NCBI GenBank assembly: GCA_965235115.1
Contig: OZ249437.1
Location: forward strand, 27,466,001 to 27,530,000
From: Laetmonice hystrix
Lineage: Eukaryota
Direction of reading: 5' to 3'
Length of the DNA: 64,000 bases
Positions within the stretch are counted from its first letter, which is position 1. Each line of letters opens with the position of its first letter. Below, one piece after another: positions 12,733-24,300 of the stretch. The notes below the pieces were generated by a model. It worked only from the letters and a program-made list of their open reading frames with translations. It was not told the origin of the DNA and made no database searches. The translations under genes were made by a program, and so were the position numbers.

Positions 12733-13385
12733 CTCTCCGTGAAAAACACCAATCTGCTGTCCCTCTCCGTGAAAAACACCAATCTGCTGTCCCTCTCCGT
12801 GAAAAACACCAATCTGCTGTCCCTCTCGGTGAAACACGCCAATCTGCTGTCCCTCTTCGTGAAAAACACCATTCTGCTGTCCCTCTCGGTGAAACACACC
12901 AATCTGCTGTCCCTCTCCGTGAAACACACCAATCTGCTGTCCCTCTCCGTGAAACACACCAATCTGCTGTCCCTCTCCGTGAAACACACCAATCTGCTGC
13001 CCCTCTCCGTGAAACACACCAATCTGCTGTCCCTCTCGGTGAAACACACCAATCTGCTGTCCCTCTCGGTGAAACACACCAATCTGCTGTCCCTCTCGGT
13101 GAAACACACCAATCTGCTGTCCCTCTCGGTGAAACACACCAATCTGCTGTCCCTCTCGGTGAAACACACCAATCTGCTGTCCCTCTCCGTGAAACACACC
13201 AATCTCCTGTCCCTCTCCGTGAAGAACACCAATCTGCTGTCCCTCTCCGTGAAACACACCAATCTCCTGTCCCTCTCCGTGAAGAACACCAATCTGCTGT
13301 CCCTCTCCGTGAAACACACCAGTCTCCTGTCCCTCTCCGTGAAGAACACCAATCTGCTGCCCCTCTCCGTGAAAAACACCAATCT
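12733..13385. repeat. 30-bp minisatellite, about 22 copies
   Basis: Unit aatctgctgtccctctccgtgaaacacacc. Open in four frames, so the ORFs are artefactual. Confidence 0.97.
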
Positions 13386-14205
13386 TCTAACAGCTCGCGG
13401 CCATAAAGGATCGCCCTATACCTCCATATATATTCAGAAGTAACCCTTAATTATCTTAATTTGGACAGTAATTTGATCTCCAGGACACCCGACTGTGAAC
13501 GGCGATTGTCTTTTAGCCTGGATCCGGATCCGGCCTGTCCTGATGTGTCGGCCTCCCAACGGTCTTATTCAGGTCGTGGTTCTGTGTTTCGCCGCCAGGA
13601 CTCGCGCTCAAAGGTTAGGGTCAATTAGATGTGTCCCTCGTGTAGCCAACAGCCACCAGGGGGTTTAGCAAGTTTGTTAGCGTGTGGCTATTAGGCTGAT
13701 GAGGAGAGGGAGGCATGCGGCAAGGGTTGTCTGGGGAGAGATGCAGGCAAGCCACAACCTGTCGCCTAGCTCTCACTTCATGCATCACCCTTTCATTTCC
13801 CGATCCCCGGGAGATTTTACCCAGGAACAGGCAGTCATTGAAGCGCTATCCGACTAACTGTTGGGTGGAAGTAAAAGCAGGTAAAAGCCAGTGAGGTTTT
13901 CCCTGTCACAAACAGGCCTACAATACTGCAATCCTACAATACTGCAATCAAACAGTCAACTGGTGAGTTTAAACTCCTGTTTTTAACGCGTACAACGTCA
14001 CCGGCTTTTGCTGATAAAGTCGATGTCGGCATTTCCCGAACAGATAACCTTTAAAGATCAAAGGATTGTCCCTCAAAGCACTGAGATATAAACCGTCCGC
14101 AGTCTCAGATTTCTCCACGTTTTGGCCTCAAAGTGTGTTGTAGCTGTGCAGTGTTCGCCGTGAGATATTCACGGACGACGTTAGTCAGGTGGTAAGACAT
14201 ATAGG

Positions 14206-14357
14206 CAGGGTGTCAAGTTCCTATTTTTTGCTATTTTTCGGCATCATTCCTTTTTTTTCTTATTTTTTGAGTAAACTTCCTATTTTTTCCTATTTTTGGG
14301 CACAGCACATTCCTATTTTCCTATTTTTTTTGAGGGTCATTGGCACTTAACACCCTG
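14206..14357. mobile_element. 152-bp MITE with hAT-like CAGGG termini and T-rich interior
   Basis: Left TIR cagggtgtcaagt and right end acttaacaccctg match at 12/13 as inverted repeats. No clean 8-bp TSD. Confidence 0.6.
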
Positions 14358-14614
14358 TATTAATAGGTCCAGTGAGACAGACTTGTAAGGGTATGCCAGC
14401 ACTGTGGCATTTAATGTCGCCTCACGTTAGACAGATCCTGCCGGAACCGTGCTCTGAATAACCAGTGGATCATAATACAGTGTGTCCAAGCGTGGCTATT
14501 TACTTTTACTGACGGACTTCATTCAGTGGGCAGCGAAAACGTCAGATCAGAAGAAAGATGCTTTCCTTTCTTAAAATAAAGCCAGATCATAAGAAAGACG
14601 CTTTCCTTTCTTAA

Positions 14615-14954
14615 AGGTGCTATTCGTGAAAAAAAGTTCAATTTTTTTATTTTTAATTTTGTTGACGTTTATGTGATCCCACCTATCATGGAAATAGATT
14701 CACAACAAAGGAAATCAAAATTTTTCATGGATAACGGCACAAATGGGGCTCTCTCGGAAGGCCTGTGGAGACCCTGACACGCCCCACCATAGGAAATGGC
14801 TCTATCTCGGTGCGCACCGAGATAGGTTTCAAATGCTGCACACAAACTAATAGAAGGTTTATCAGGCAAATGGTGTCGGTAGGAATTTGTTCTAGTACTA
14901 TGTGCACAATGTATGATAGGAGAAATGCCATTCTGTGCGAGACGAATAGCACCT
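14615..14954. mobile_element. 340-bp Kolobok-like MITE
   Basis: Perfect 13-bp TIR aggtgctattcgt / acgaatagcacct, flanked by TTAA on both sides (14611-14614, 14955-14958). A TTAA TSD with purine-purine 5' termini fits Kolobok rather than piggyBac. Confidence 0.8.
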
Positions 14955-15516
14955 TTAAAACAAAACCAAGTAGCGAGTCTACCAGGGAAACAGGCTTAAG
15001 AGTTAAGTTCAGAAATCGAAGTATTTTCTTCCATAAGGTTTTAGAGCAGCTGGCGATACACAGACTCAGTTAGTCCCCCAGGGGTTGGGGATGGCACCCC
15101 CCTCCCCAATACGGTAGTAGGTTGACCAGTAAAATAGAGCGCCGTTATAGACTGCGGGTAGAGAGTTGATTCAGGGACGGTGCTTTCATCTAGATTCAAG
15201 CGGTGTAGGTCTCTCACCCGCCGGGGGAGGGCACTGTTAGCTCTCTGTCTGGTTCGTCCACCATTGGATTTGTACAAGGAGGGGTGGTAGATAAGCTGAG
15301 GCTCCAGACCTGGGGCGATCATAGCTTCACTGAGTTTGGAGAATCCACCATTATGAGAGATTTCTGTTCTCCCAAGAATCTCATCAAATCGACCAGGAGA
15401 AGCTCATGCTGAGAATCGACTCTCAGTTGTTATGTTCTGACGACCTTGGTGGTGGGTCTATGGACGTAAAGATGCGACACTCCTCCCGACATGTGACATG
15501 CTGGGTTCTATGTCCG

Positions 15517-16056
15517 CACTCCGGCTGGGGTAGAGTCCGGCATGGCTGAGTCCTGTGGTCACACTCCGGCTGGGGTAGAGTCCGGTGTGGCTGAGTCCTG
15601 TGGTCACACTCCGGCTGGGGTAGAGTCCGGTATGGCTGAGTCCTGTGGTCACACTCCGGCTGGGGTAGAGTCCGGTATGGCTGAGTCCTGTGGTCACACT
15701 CCGGCTGGGGTAGAGTCCGGCATGGCTGAGTCCTGTGGTCACACTCCGGCTGGGGTAGAGTCCGGTGTGGCTGAGTCCTGTGGTCACACTCCGGCTGGGG
15801 TAGAGTCCGGTATGGCTGAGTCCTGTGCCACACTCCGGCTGGGGTAGAGTCCAGCATGGCTGAGTCATGTGCTCACACTCCGGCTGGGGTAGAGTCCGGC
15901 ATGGCTGAGTCCTGTGCTCACACTCCGGCTGGGGTAGAGTCCGGCATGGCTGAGTCCTGTGCTCACACTCCGGCTGAGAGAGTCCGCCATGGCTGAGTCC
16001 TGTGATCACACTCCGGCTGGGGTAGAGTCCGCCATGGCTGAGTCCTGTGATCACAC
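15517..16056. repeat. 45-bp minisatellite, about 12 copies
   Basis: Unit catggctgagtcctgtggtcacactccggctggggtagagtccgg. Confidence 0.96.
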
Positions 16057-18086
16057 ATAAATAAGGTATCGCGGAAATCTCATGTTGTTTTCGTCTGACA
16101 GAATCAGTGGAGAGGGTGAGACCTTCAGGAGTCAGTCTGGACAGGTGAGGTGGAGGATAGAGAAAACGTTCTGGTCCTATCCTGGGTGGAGCGCGATCAG
16201 TATGTCACAGAAAGAAGGGAGTGAGTAGATTAGGGAAGACACGCCAGTGTTCCCAAGGATATGAACAAGAGACTTTAGTATAAATCATGGTCAATGCCCT
16301 TGGACGAAGTGTATGGGAAATCCGTCCAGGAATTAATGTTGATCAGCAAGCCAGTATTGCCGACTCAGTGATAGCTGGAGGAACCAATCCACAACAAACA
16401 GCAATCGATCAGTCCTGCGACCATACTGAGGCGGCCACCCAGGGGGAGATCTCTAAAGGGATCCGAATAAAGCTTTGAGTTAGAGTGGTCAGAAAGAAAG
16501 CTCACATACACACCAATCCCTCACTGGGCCGGGCGGGCTGTCTGTAGGTCTGGTAATCCTACCATTGATTGTGGCCTAGAGTGGTATTTAGTACAGAAAG
16601 GTAAGGAATCTATATGGCTGGCCGGCAGGTTACGTAGAGCTTGTCTTTTGAGGCGCGCAATTACGCTTGTGCGTCATAACGCACCTAAAATTGCGCAAAG
16701 GCGGTCAAAAGATCTGGTGGTATAATCGGGGCTAATTACATTTAGCTCACTGCAGAGTAACAAGTAATTGTATTTATTTATGTTTAATACTAGACGTCCT
16801 TCAGGTCTGCAGGGTGTCAGAAAAAAATGCTCGCCTAGAGTTTCCAATTGAAGTTTAGGGGAGTAATTATTTGCTCGCCTGGACTTTTCAAAGGACAAAG
16901 CCTATGTCTACCTTCACCTGAACACCGGCACCAGATCCTGGTATCATTATTCGCTGCTCAACGATTGGAACAGCACGATTGGTACAGCACGATTGGAACA
17001 ACAGGTGTCTAGTCGTCTGCAATAATAACACTGATGCAGCGGAAGGTAGAACTGATAGAGGATATAGGGCGGAACTCGGGGCTACAATTAACTGATGAAA
17101 CAGTAATGTAAGAGGATCTTTCACAAAGTCTTGTCTGAAAACTATGTAGTTCTCGGGCAGATTGGGCAGGGCCTATCGAGTTGTGTTCGGACCAAAGCCT
17201 GGTTGATCCACCCGGCGGCATTTATGGCAGGATTTGTACGGGCAGATTGTGTGCGGGTTTGCTTAGGCTTATCAATCAGAAGGTCCAGTCTCATCTAAAC
17301 GGTCCCTTCAATCACAGGGAATCTGTCTTAGGGAACCCCAATAAAGCTACCATGCAGTGTCATAAATTTATTGTTCTCTTAATTGCATATAAATACGCTG
17401 TACGTTATTATATTGATTAGGTATCCTGTAACGCTGCCGTCTACTGAGCAGGCAGCCCCCTTAAATTTAATAAAAAGACGACAGATTGGGTTTTTGTTTA
17501 TCAATGATCGTGGCCAAGGGAAAGGGTGGAGTTGCTAGGCAACTTCAACTCAGCTGTTGTCAAGTGTTGCAGGGAGAAGCACACTGACGTGGTTTCAAAT
17601 TCCACCTTGTCCCATGGGTTCTCAGTGGGTACCACACACAGCAAGACGGTCAGACCGTCTAGGGAGGTTGGTGGGGAGTGACAACATGAGTGGTCGAATG
17701 GGACTGTGGTCTGCGTGCTGAGATCCGTGGGAGGATGGCCCAGAGACTGCGCCTTGGGACTTGTGTAAAAGTCAGAGTTTGCTATAGCTTAGGGCAAACC
17801 TTGCTTTAAAGCCTGTAGTCAGGAAGCCGACTGGCCGATTCTGAAAATGATATTGGATATCGTGAATGAAACGGATATTGGTGGCTTCAGTGGACATGTA
17901 GATATAAATACGATATAAAAGGATCTAAAGTGTGAACATATTAAAATGTATTGCATATAACAAATACGATTTACATGAAAAAGTAGGCAGCTGGTGTCTC
18001 AGAAAAGCACTGTTATAATGAAAACGGGCTGATTGCTTACGAAACATTGGAACTCTTCTTTTGCTAGTGCGTGTTATTTACTTGAA

Positions 18087-18152
18087 AAGAGAGGGAGGGA
18101 GGGACAGCGCGAGCGAGCGACAGACAGAGACAGAGACAGAGAGAGGGACAGA
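18087..18152. repeat. GA-rich compound microsatellite
   Basis: gagagggagggagggacag...gacagagacagagagagggac. Confidence 0.8.
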
Positions 18153-18242
18153 TCGTGTGGCTTGATTTATACCGTTTTCCGTCAGAGCAGGTGATATCAT
18201 TTAACAGTTGAGTTAACCCCGGTCTGTTGCTTGTGTTTACAG

Positions 18243-18516
18243 GGATGGGCGGTTACAGGAGAGTGACCAGATCCTAGCGATCGACCGGCAGGTGTTGGAC
18301 ACCAACATCTCACACCAGCAGGCCATCAGCATCCTCCAGAAGGCGTCAGGCCGGGTGGAGTTGGTGGTCGCCCGCGGACCCATCCCGTGCGCACCATCCA
18401 CCGCCCCTGCAGTCGCTACCACCGCCGGCTCGGCCGACGACCTCAGCGCCGACCCTGGCGATCAACCGTATCGGGCACCATCCACGCTCAGCGAGTCGCA
18501 GAACTCCGACATGGTG
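18243..18516 (+). CDS. MPDZ: MPDZ/Patj exon: C-terminal half of PDZ1 plus linker, (R)[45 protein letters not shown]...SQNSDMV
   Basis: Acceptor ttgtgtttacag at 18242 and donor GTG|gtcagt at 18517. DGRL..DQILAI and [11 protein letters not shown] match MPDZ PDZ1. Codons are GC3-rich. Confidence 0.95.
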
Positions 18517-19432
18517 GTCAGTATCTATGATTACAGTGACTTTTTACCGATAATCGGTATCGGCTAGTTTAGATGAGCTCAAGTTCCCTTGGCAGGTCAG
18601 GCACGGTTCCTTAAGGTTCTGGAAAACATCGAAAAACAAGTTATATCTAAATTACGTTTGAAGCAGAAGTAAAAGAGGATCATGGTATCTATGGAAACTA
18701 ATACTCCTTTCATTTTTATTTAGAGTGATACCATGAGTATTTGTAGGACATCGTGGTTTCAATTTATAACATTAACCTGGGAGCCAAAACGATTTACTGA
18801 TATAACAAATTGATGCTTGTTAGGTAATTTTTTTCCATCGATGTTTTCTAGTGGATGAAATTAGCTCATGTGCGTCCCACGTACAGCTAGTAATATATTT
18901 TAGGAACATTAACAGGGGGGTTGTAAATGGGGAGGTATTCTTCATATATTGACTGATCTCCGGGAACATGGGCTCATCTACATAAAAATCCATTTATACC
19001 TCTGATGCATAATTTGATTGTTGTTGAGATTAATTCTAAGTTGCCTTGGCAAGTTGAAAGCATGATTGCATTGAAAATAGATGAGAAACCTGATAAATGG
19101 AGCTGGAATGGATTATGAAGACAAACAAGTGGTGGTGATCAATTAAAGTACCGTTATGGAACAGTATCATGGCAACATGGGAGGACGCTGGAAGGCCCAT
19201 TAGTCAGGGCTTCATTTCATACTCGTCATTAAAAGTGATGAATTCAGGTCAAGATGAGAACGTTTTCCCAGCCCCTGGCAGGAGGTAGGCTATAAAACAA
19301 TGGCCGGTAGATTAATGGTGGTGTAATATTAATAGCTGGGGTAGAGGGGGATACTCCATTGAGCTGTGACGAGCTGTGACTGGAGACGACCGTCATACAT
19401 GATAAGTGGATGGTCTGGGTTCCTCCTGGTTT

Positions 19433-19469
19433 GGGAGAGAGAGAGAGAGTGAGAGAGGGGAGAGAGAGG
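19433..19469. repeat. (GA)n microsatellite
   Basis: Direct reading of the sequence. Confidence 0.85.
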
Positions 19470-20307
19470 CGGTTAGGGGTTCTCAGCACTGGAGGCAGAG
19501 AGTGATTGTGTGTGGCGTGGTGAATATTACCATATCCTATACTCCTCCAGTGGAACATTCAAATCCAAGTCACATACGGGTGGTTTCTGGTGTTGCAATA
19601 AACCCTCATTCAGTCACTCAGCAATAGACGATAGAGAAACCTACGAACCTGGAGAGGGGCTCAGACTTCATTTAATGAGAAGTAGATGTTACAAAACAAA
19701 TATTTTTAAGAACAATAAAATTGCACTCGTAGGCCTATTAAGTGACGGAAATCGGATGACCATGAGCTGCTGGTAGAATAGATGGGCCAGATGTCTTGTT
19801 TGTGGTATGTGCTCTATCTCTCTCTCTCCTGAGGAATGAAAACATAGATGTGTGCTGTATGTAGACGACTTCCACGGACAAGGCTAGCTTGTAAAAGAAG
19901 TGTAGGGAGACACGAAAGAATGGGAAAGACATGGTAACGAAAGTGAGCCCTAATCTCTATCCCGCTGTCAAACTGTGAATTACACAGTCAAGTCGTGCCA
20001 CCATGGAGTTCTAAGTTTAGCCTGGGGACCGACGAACACGACCAATCAGAAAATAACCCTCCTGAGGGACAGTACAGGTGGGTGTGACTGGAAGGATATG
20101 GTGACCACGTGACCAGGTTACGGCGTCCGTGTCGGAGACGTCATCACGCTGCCTTCCCCGTGCCTAGAACACTCTTAATTACCTGTCCAATTAAATCGAA
20201 ATGAAATAGTCCAATTAAGGACGGTGAACCTCGTGCTCTCTGCATGTGGCAAAGTGAGCCAAAGTGTGGAGATAAATTACATTATTATAGTGTAGCTCGT
20301 ACGGATC

Positions 20308-20470
20308 ATTCTATCCATGTAATTAGACTGTTGGTGGCTTTATTGCGGGAGTAGTAATGTATCATTCCATCCAATTTGACTGTTGGTGGCTTTATTGCGG
20401 GAGTAGTAATGTATCATTCCATCCAATTTGACTGTTGGTGGCTTTATTGCGGGAGTAGTAATGTATCATT
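20308..20470. repeat. 52-bp tandem repeat, about 3 copies
   Basis: Unit attccatccaatttgactgttggtggctttattgcgggagtagtaatgtatc. Confidence 0.9.
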
Positions 20471-21000
20471 TAGACTAACACCATCGACAACACTACCTTC
20501 TCGTGCCGCTACTAGATGGCGCTGTGGTGGCGCGGTCTCTGGTTGAGAGTTGTGAGAAGCTGTTCGCCCCGCCCTCGTCGTGATGTGTTTGACGGCTTCA
20601 GTATGGATCACTGTCTGTGATCCGGCACAGTTTTACCAACGGGTTGTTTGACTTGGTTCACGGCCACTGTTGACCGTGTCAAGAGATATGTTCATCTGAA
20701 TGATCCCTCGCGCCAAACACAGCTTGTGATAAGCACATATGACGGCTGCCTTCAGCGGAACGGGGAATTGCCTGCAGAATTGACGGCTTTGTACTCCATA
20801 AATCACCGCCAGGTGTCAGCAGCTACTTCCTGATATCTGTCAGCACACCATGTGGAGGGAAAGTTTTCTATGAATAGCGTCGAAAACACGGCGTGATGAG
20901 CAATATAATTACGATGAGAGGTCTATAAGAGGCCCAGGGGGACAGTTGGTGCACCGTTTGTTTGAGTTTGTTTGTCATGTATGCATTGTAAGGTCCCAAT

Positions 21001-21590
21001 GCACTGCAGTCAGAATTAAAACACGTGACTGCAGTCAGAACGAAACGTACGACTTGCAGCACTGCAGTCAGAACGAAACATGTCACTTACAAAAGTGGGA
21101 TCAAAATAAAAACATGATAACCTGATGCACTGCAGTCAAAACAAAGACATGATGACCTGATGCACTGCAGCCAAAACAAAATCATGATAACCTGATGCAC
21201 TGCAGTCAAAACAAAAACATGATAACTGGTGCACTGCAGCCAAAACAAAGACATGATGACCTGATGCACTGCAGCCAAAACAAAAACATGATAACTGGTG
21301 CACTGCAGCCAAACAAAGACATGATGACCTGGTGCACTGCAGCCAAAACAAAAACATGATGACCTGATGCACTGCAGTCAAAACAAAAACATGATGACCT
21401 GATGCACTGCAGCCAAAACAAAAACATGATAACCTGGTGCACTGCAGCCAAAACAAAAACATGATGACCTGATGCACTGCAGTCAAAACAAAAACATGAT
21501 GACCTGATGCACTGCAGTCAAAACAAAAACGTATGACTTGCTGCACTGCAGTCAGCAATAAAAGTATGATTTGCAACGCTGCAGTCAACA
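21001..21590. repeat. 35-36 bp minisatellite, about 16 copies with degenerate edges
   Basis: Unit gcactgcagtcaaaacaaaaacatgatgacctgat. Confidence 0.95.
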
Positions 21591-22382
21591 GATGAATTGC
21601 AGCCAGAACTCAAAGCGTATCACACATGTCTAACCAACCTCCATCCCAACTAATAAGTTTGTCTGGCCAACCTCTACCCCAGCATAATGCGTTTGTCCAG
21701 CAAACCACATCATGCCATAATCATATCGGTATATATAGCCCTGGAGTTCCGTCCTGCGACCCGGATTTTGTTTTACCATATTTATTTTAAATAATGATAG
21801 TTCTCGTAAAACCAAATACAAGTACAGTGCAGTGGAGAATAAGTGTAATTCACTCTAGAGCAAATACCTGACAGTCATAGTGGTGGGTGCCACAAAACAA
21901 AGATATATTTTTACTGTGAGTTGGTCAGCGACAGTCGGTTTAGAATAGGGGTGGCAGACAGATATCTTTCGTCGTTACAGTCATATTCACAAACCAAAGG
22001 CTTTTGTTCTGGCTCAGTGCATCAGGTCGTCATTATTTTATTCTGATTCCTGTTTTGCAAGTCACATATTGCTTGCAGCCGAGGGATTCTCTCCGCAGGC
22101 TGTGGTTATCAACCGGAATTAGGATTATACGATACAGCCGACGACGGCTTATGATGGGATGCAAGATGAGAAAAAGAGAAAGAGTTCATCAGTAGAGGAT
22201 AAGGGTGCGGTCCTGGCCGGGCCCTGCAGCAGTCAGTCGGATAAATCTACAGGGTAGATGGCGCCACTGATCGACTGTATTGTGGACAGGGTAGGCGACG
22301 TTTCAAATGGGCCGATAACCAAAGCCTTAATCTATCTGAATTATATTAATGAGGGAGGACTGGTGAATACTTGGCCGGTGGT

Positions 22383-22490
22383 GAGGGAGCGAGAGAGACA
22401 GAGAGACAGAGACGGAAAGACAGACAGAGAGACAGAGACAGAGAAAGGGCGAGAGAGAGAGAGACAGAGAGGGGGCGAGAGAGAGGGGGC
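22383..22490. repeat. (GA)n/(GAGACA)n microsatellite
   Basis: Direct reading of the sequence. Confidence 0.88.
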
Positions 22491-23170
22491 GTGACGTGGT
22501 ATCAACTGAGCTCCGCACGGTACGCTCAGTAAGTGTGGCAGATGTGTCATAATGGAGGAACACGCGCCCTTCGTGATACGGCCTGGATCGAAGCACAATT
22601 AGCTCCCAACAATGCAAATGTTCTTTTACATGGTAATTCTGGTAATTCCCTGCGGGTTCTCCACAGGCAGAGGTTTTTTTCACCTGAATTAAGATAATTC
22701 CCAGTATGGACTGATCGTTTTACGCCATGATTTGGTTATCACATCCCAGGAATCAGTGGAGATATACGAGATGTGGCTTCCCATATAACCAGAATTTTGA
22801 TTGCATTTCGTGTTAATTCCTCTCCAGATGGGAACCCGGTTCTGATGTCGGTTTTTTTATGTGTTATCTTTTAGTATTCCACTGCTTTCGTTCTCGGAGG
22901 GAAAAAAGTAAAATTATGCTCTTCTCTAGGGATTGTCGGATGAACAGCCAGAAACTGTGAAAGGCATCCTTAAAACTTCGAATGTGGAACAGTAAATTGA
23001 GAAAGGAAGGAAGGGATGGAAGGATAAATGAAGGCTGACACATACCAGAGAGTGAATGAGGCATTAGCTTTTAAGCCTCGTTTATATTAGATGCACCAAG
23101 TCTTACCTCGTGTTAGGTAGAACTTCAGCCTATAGGTCATTTTGTATGGCTCCATCATTTGTGGAGTTTT

Positions 23171-23577
23171 GGGGTGGCGGGGAGGGGGCGGTTAGTGACG
23201 GTCGTTCGTATTGGTGTGGCGGGGAGGGGGGTTAGTGACGGTCGTTCGTATTGGTGTGGCGGGGAGGGGGCGGTTAGTGACGGTCGTTCGTATTGGTGTG
23301 GCGGGGAGGGGGCGGTTAGTGACGGTCGTTCGTATTGGTGTGGCGGGGAGGGGGCGGTTAGTGACGGTCGTTCGTATTGGTGTGGCTGGTAGGGGGCGGT
23401 TAGTGACGGTCTTTCGTATTGGTGTGGCGGGTAGGGGGCGGTTAGTGACGGTCGTTCGTATTGGGGTGGCGGGGAGGGGGCGGTTAGTGACGGTCGTTCG
23501 TATTGGGGTGGCGGGGAGGGGGCGGTTAGTGACGGTCGTTCGTATTGGTGTGGTGGTGAGGGGAGGTTATTGACGGT
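23171..23577. repeat. 42-bp G-rich minisatellite, about 9.5 copies
   Basis: Unit gtgacggtcgttcgtattggtgtggcggggagggggcggtta. Confidence 0.95.
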
Positions 23578-23990
23578 GCTTAATTAAAGACTTAACGGAG
23601 ACAGATCTCCTTCAGTTACATCTGCACGCTCTCCATAGGGACACTCAGGTGACAGACGTTCTTTTTCGTCCCTAGATAGAGTCCCATTGTCTGCTTGATC
23701 ATCTGAACACACGGACGTGGTTGAGACAAATTCCATTTGAGGCGGTTGGGTTGGGTTTACTGGTGTTTGTTTTCTGAGAGAGTCTGCTGCAGACAACCAC
23801 GTATGACAAACCATGCTACATTGAATTGTCTACAGACTGCCAGGCGGGTATCTATCTCAAAGCTTTCAGGATGCTGGCGGGTGTCTGAAAGTCTATACAG
23901 CCTCTCGGGTGGGGTACCTGCACGGTCTTCCTTCAGGCTGCCTATAGGATTTCTCAGTGTCTTCGTGCAGACTACATGGCTTATACTTGA

Positions 23991-24300
23991 AGACCTGCAG
24001 ACTGCCGGGTGGGTATCTGAAGGCCTGCAGCTTGCCCGGCGGGTATCTGAAGGCCTGCAGCTTGCCTGGCGGGTATCTGAAGGCCTGCAGCTTGCCCGGC
24101 GGTTATATGAAGGCCTGCAGCTTGCCCGGTGTGTATTTGAAGACCTACAGCTTGCCCGGCGGGTATTTGAAGGCCTGCAGCTTGCCTGGCGGGTATCTGA
24201 AGGCCTGCAGCTTGCCCGGCGGGTATATGAAGGCCTGTATAGCTTGCCCGGTGGTTATATGAAGGCCTGCAGTTTGCGTAGCGGGTATCTGAAGGCCTGC
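23991..24300. repeat. 30-bp minisatellite, about 10 copies, grading into degenerate units upstream
   Basis: Unit gggtatctgaaggcctgcagcttgcccggc. Confidence 0.93.

Noticed and set aside
12693-13443. 195-237 aa repeat ORFs in four frames
   Set aside because: A stop-free 30-bp unit gives simultaneous ORFs on both strands, which indicates an artefact.
17009-17221. LINE RT fragment (EFRPISSISSTFRCISVII resembling YRPISLL)
   Set aside because: A single short motif with no other RT domains; too weak to call.
1-18242. Upstream MPDZ exons (L27 domain, GLGFSVVG half of PDZ1)
   Set aside because: Not found by eye in any frame; probably upstream of the window. A small divergent exon could have been missed.
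19997-20083. Perfect Kozak GCCACCATGG with a nearby CCAAT and donor CAG|gtgggt
   Set aside because: The ATG opens only M-E-F-stop, and one such 10-mer in 128 kb of both strands is not improbable.
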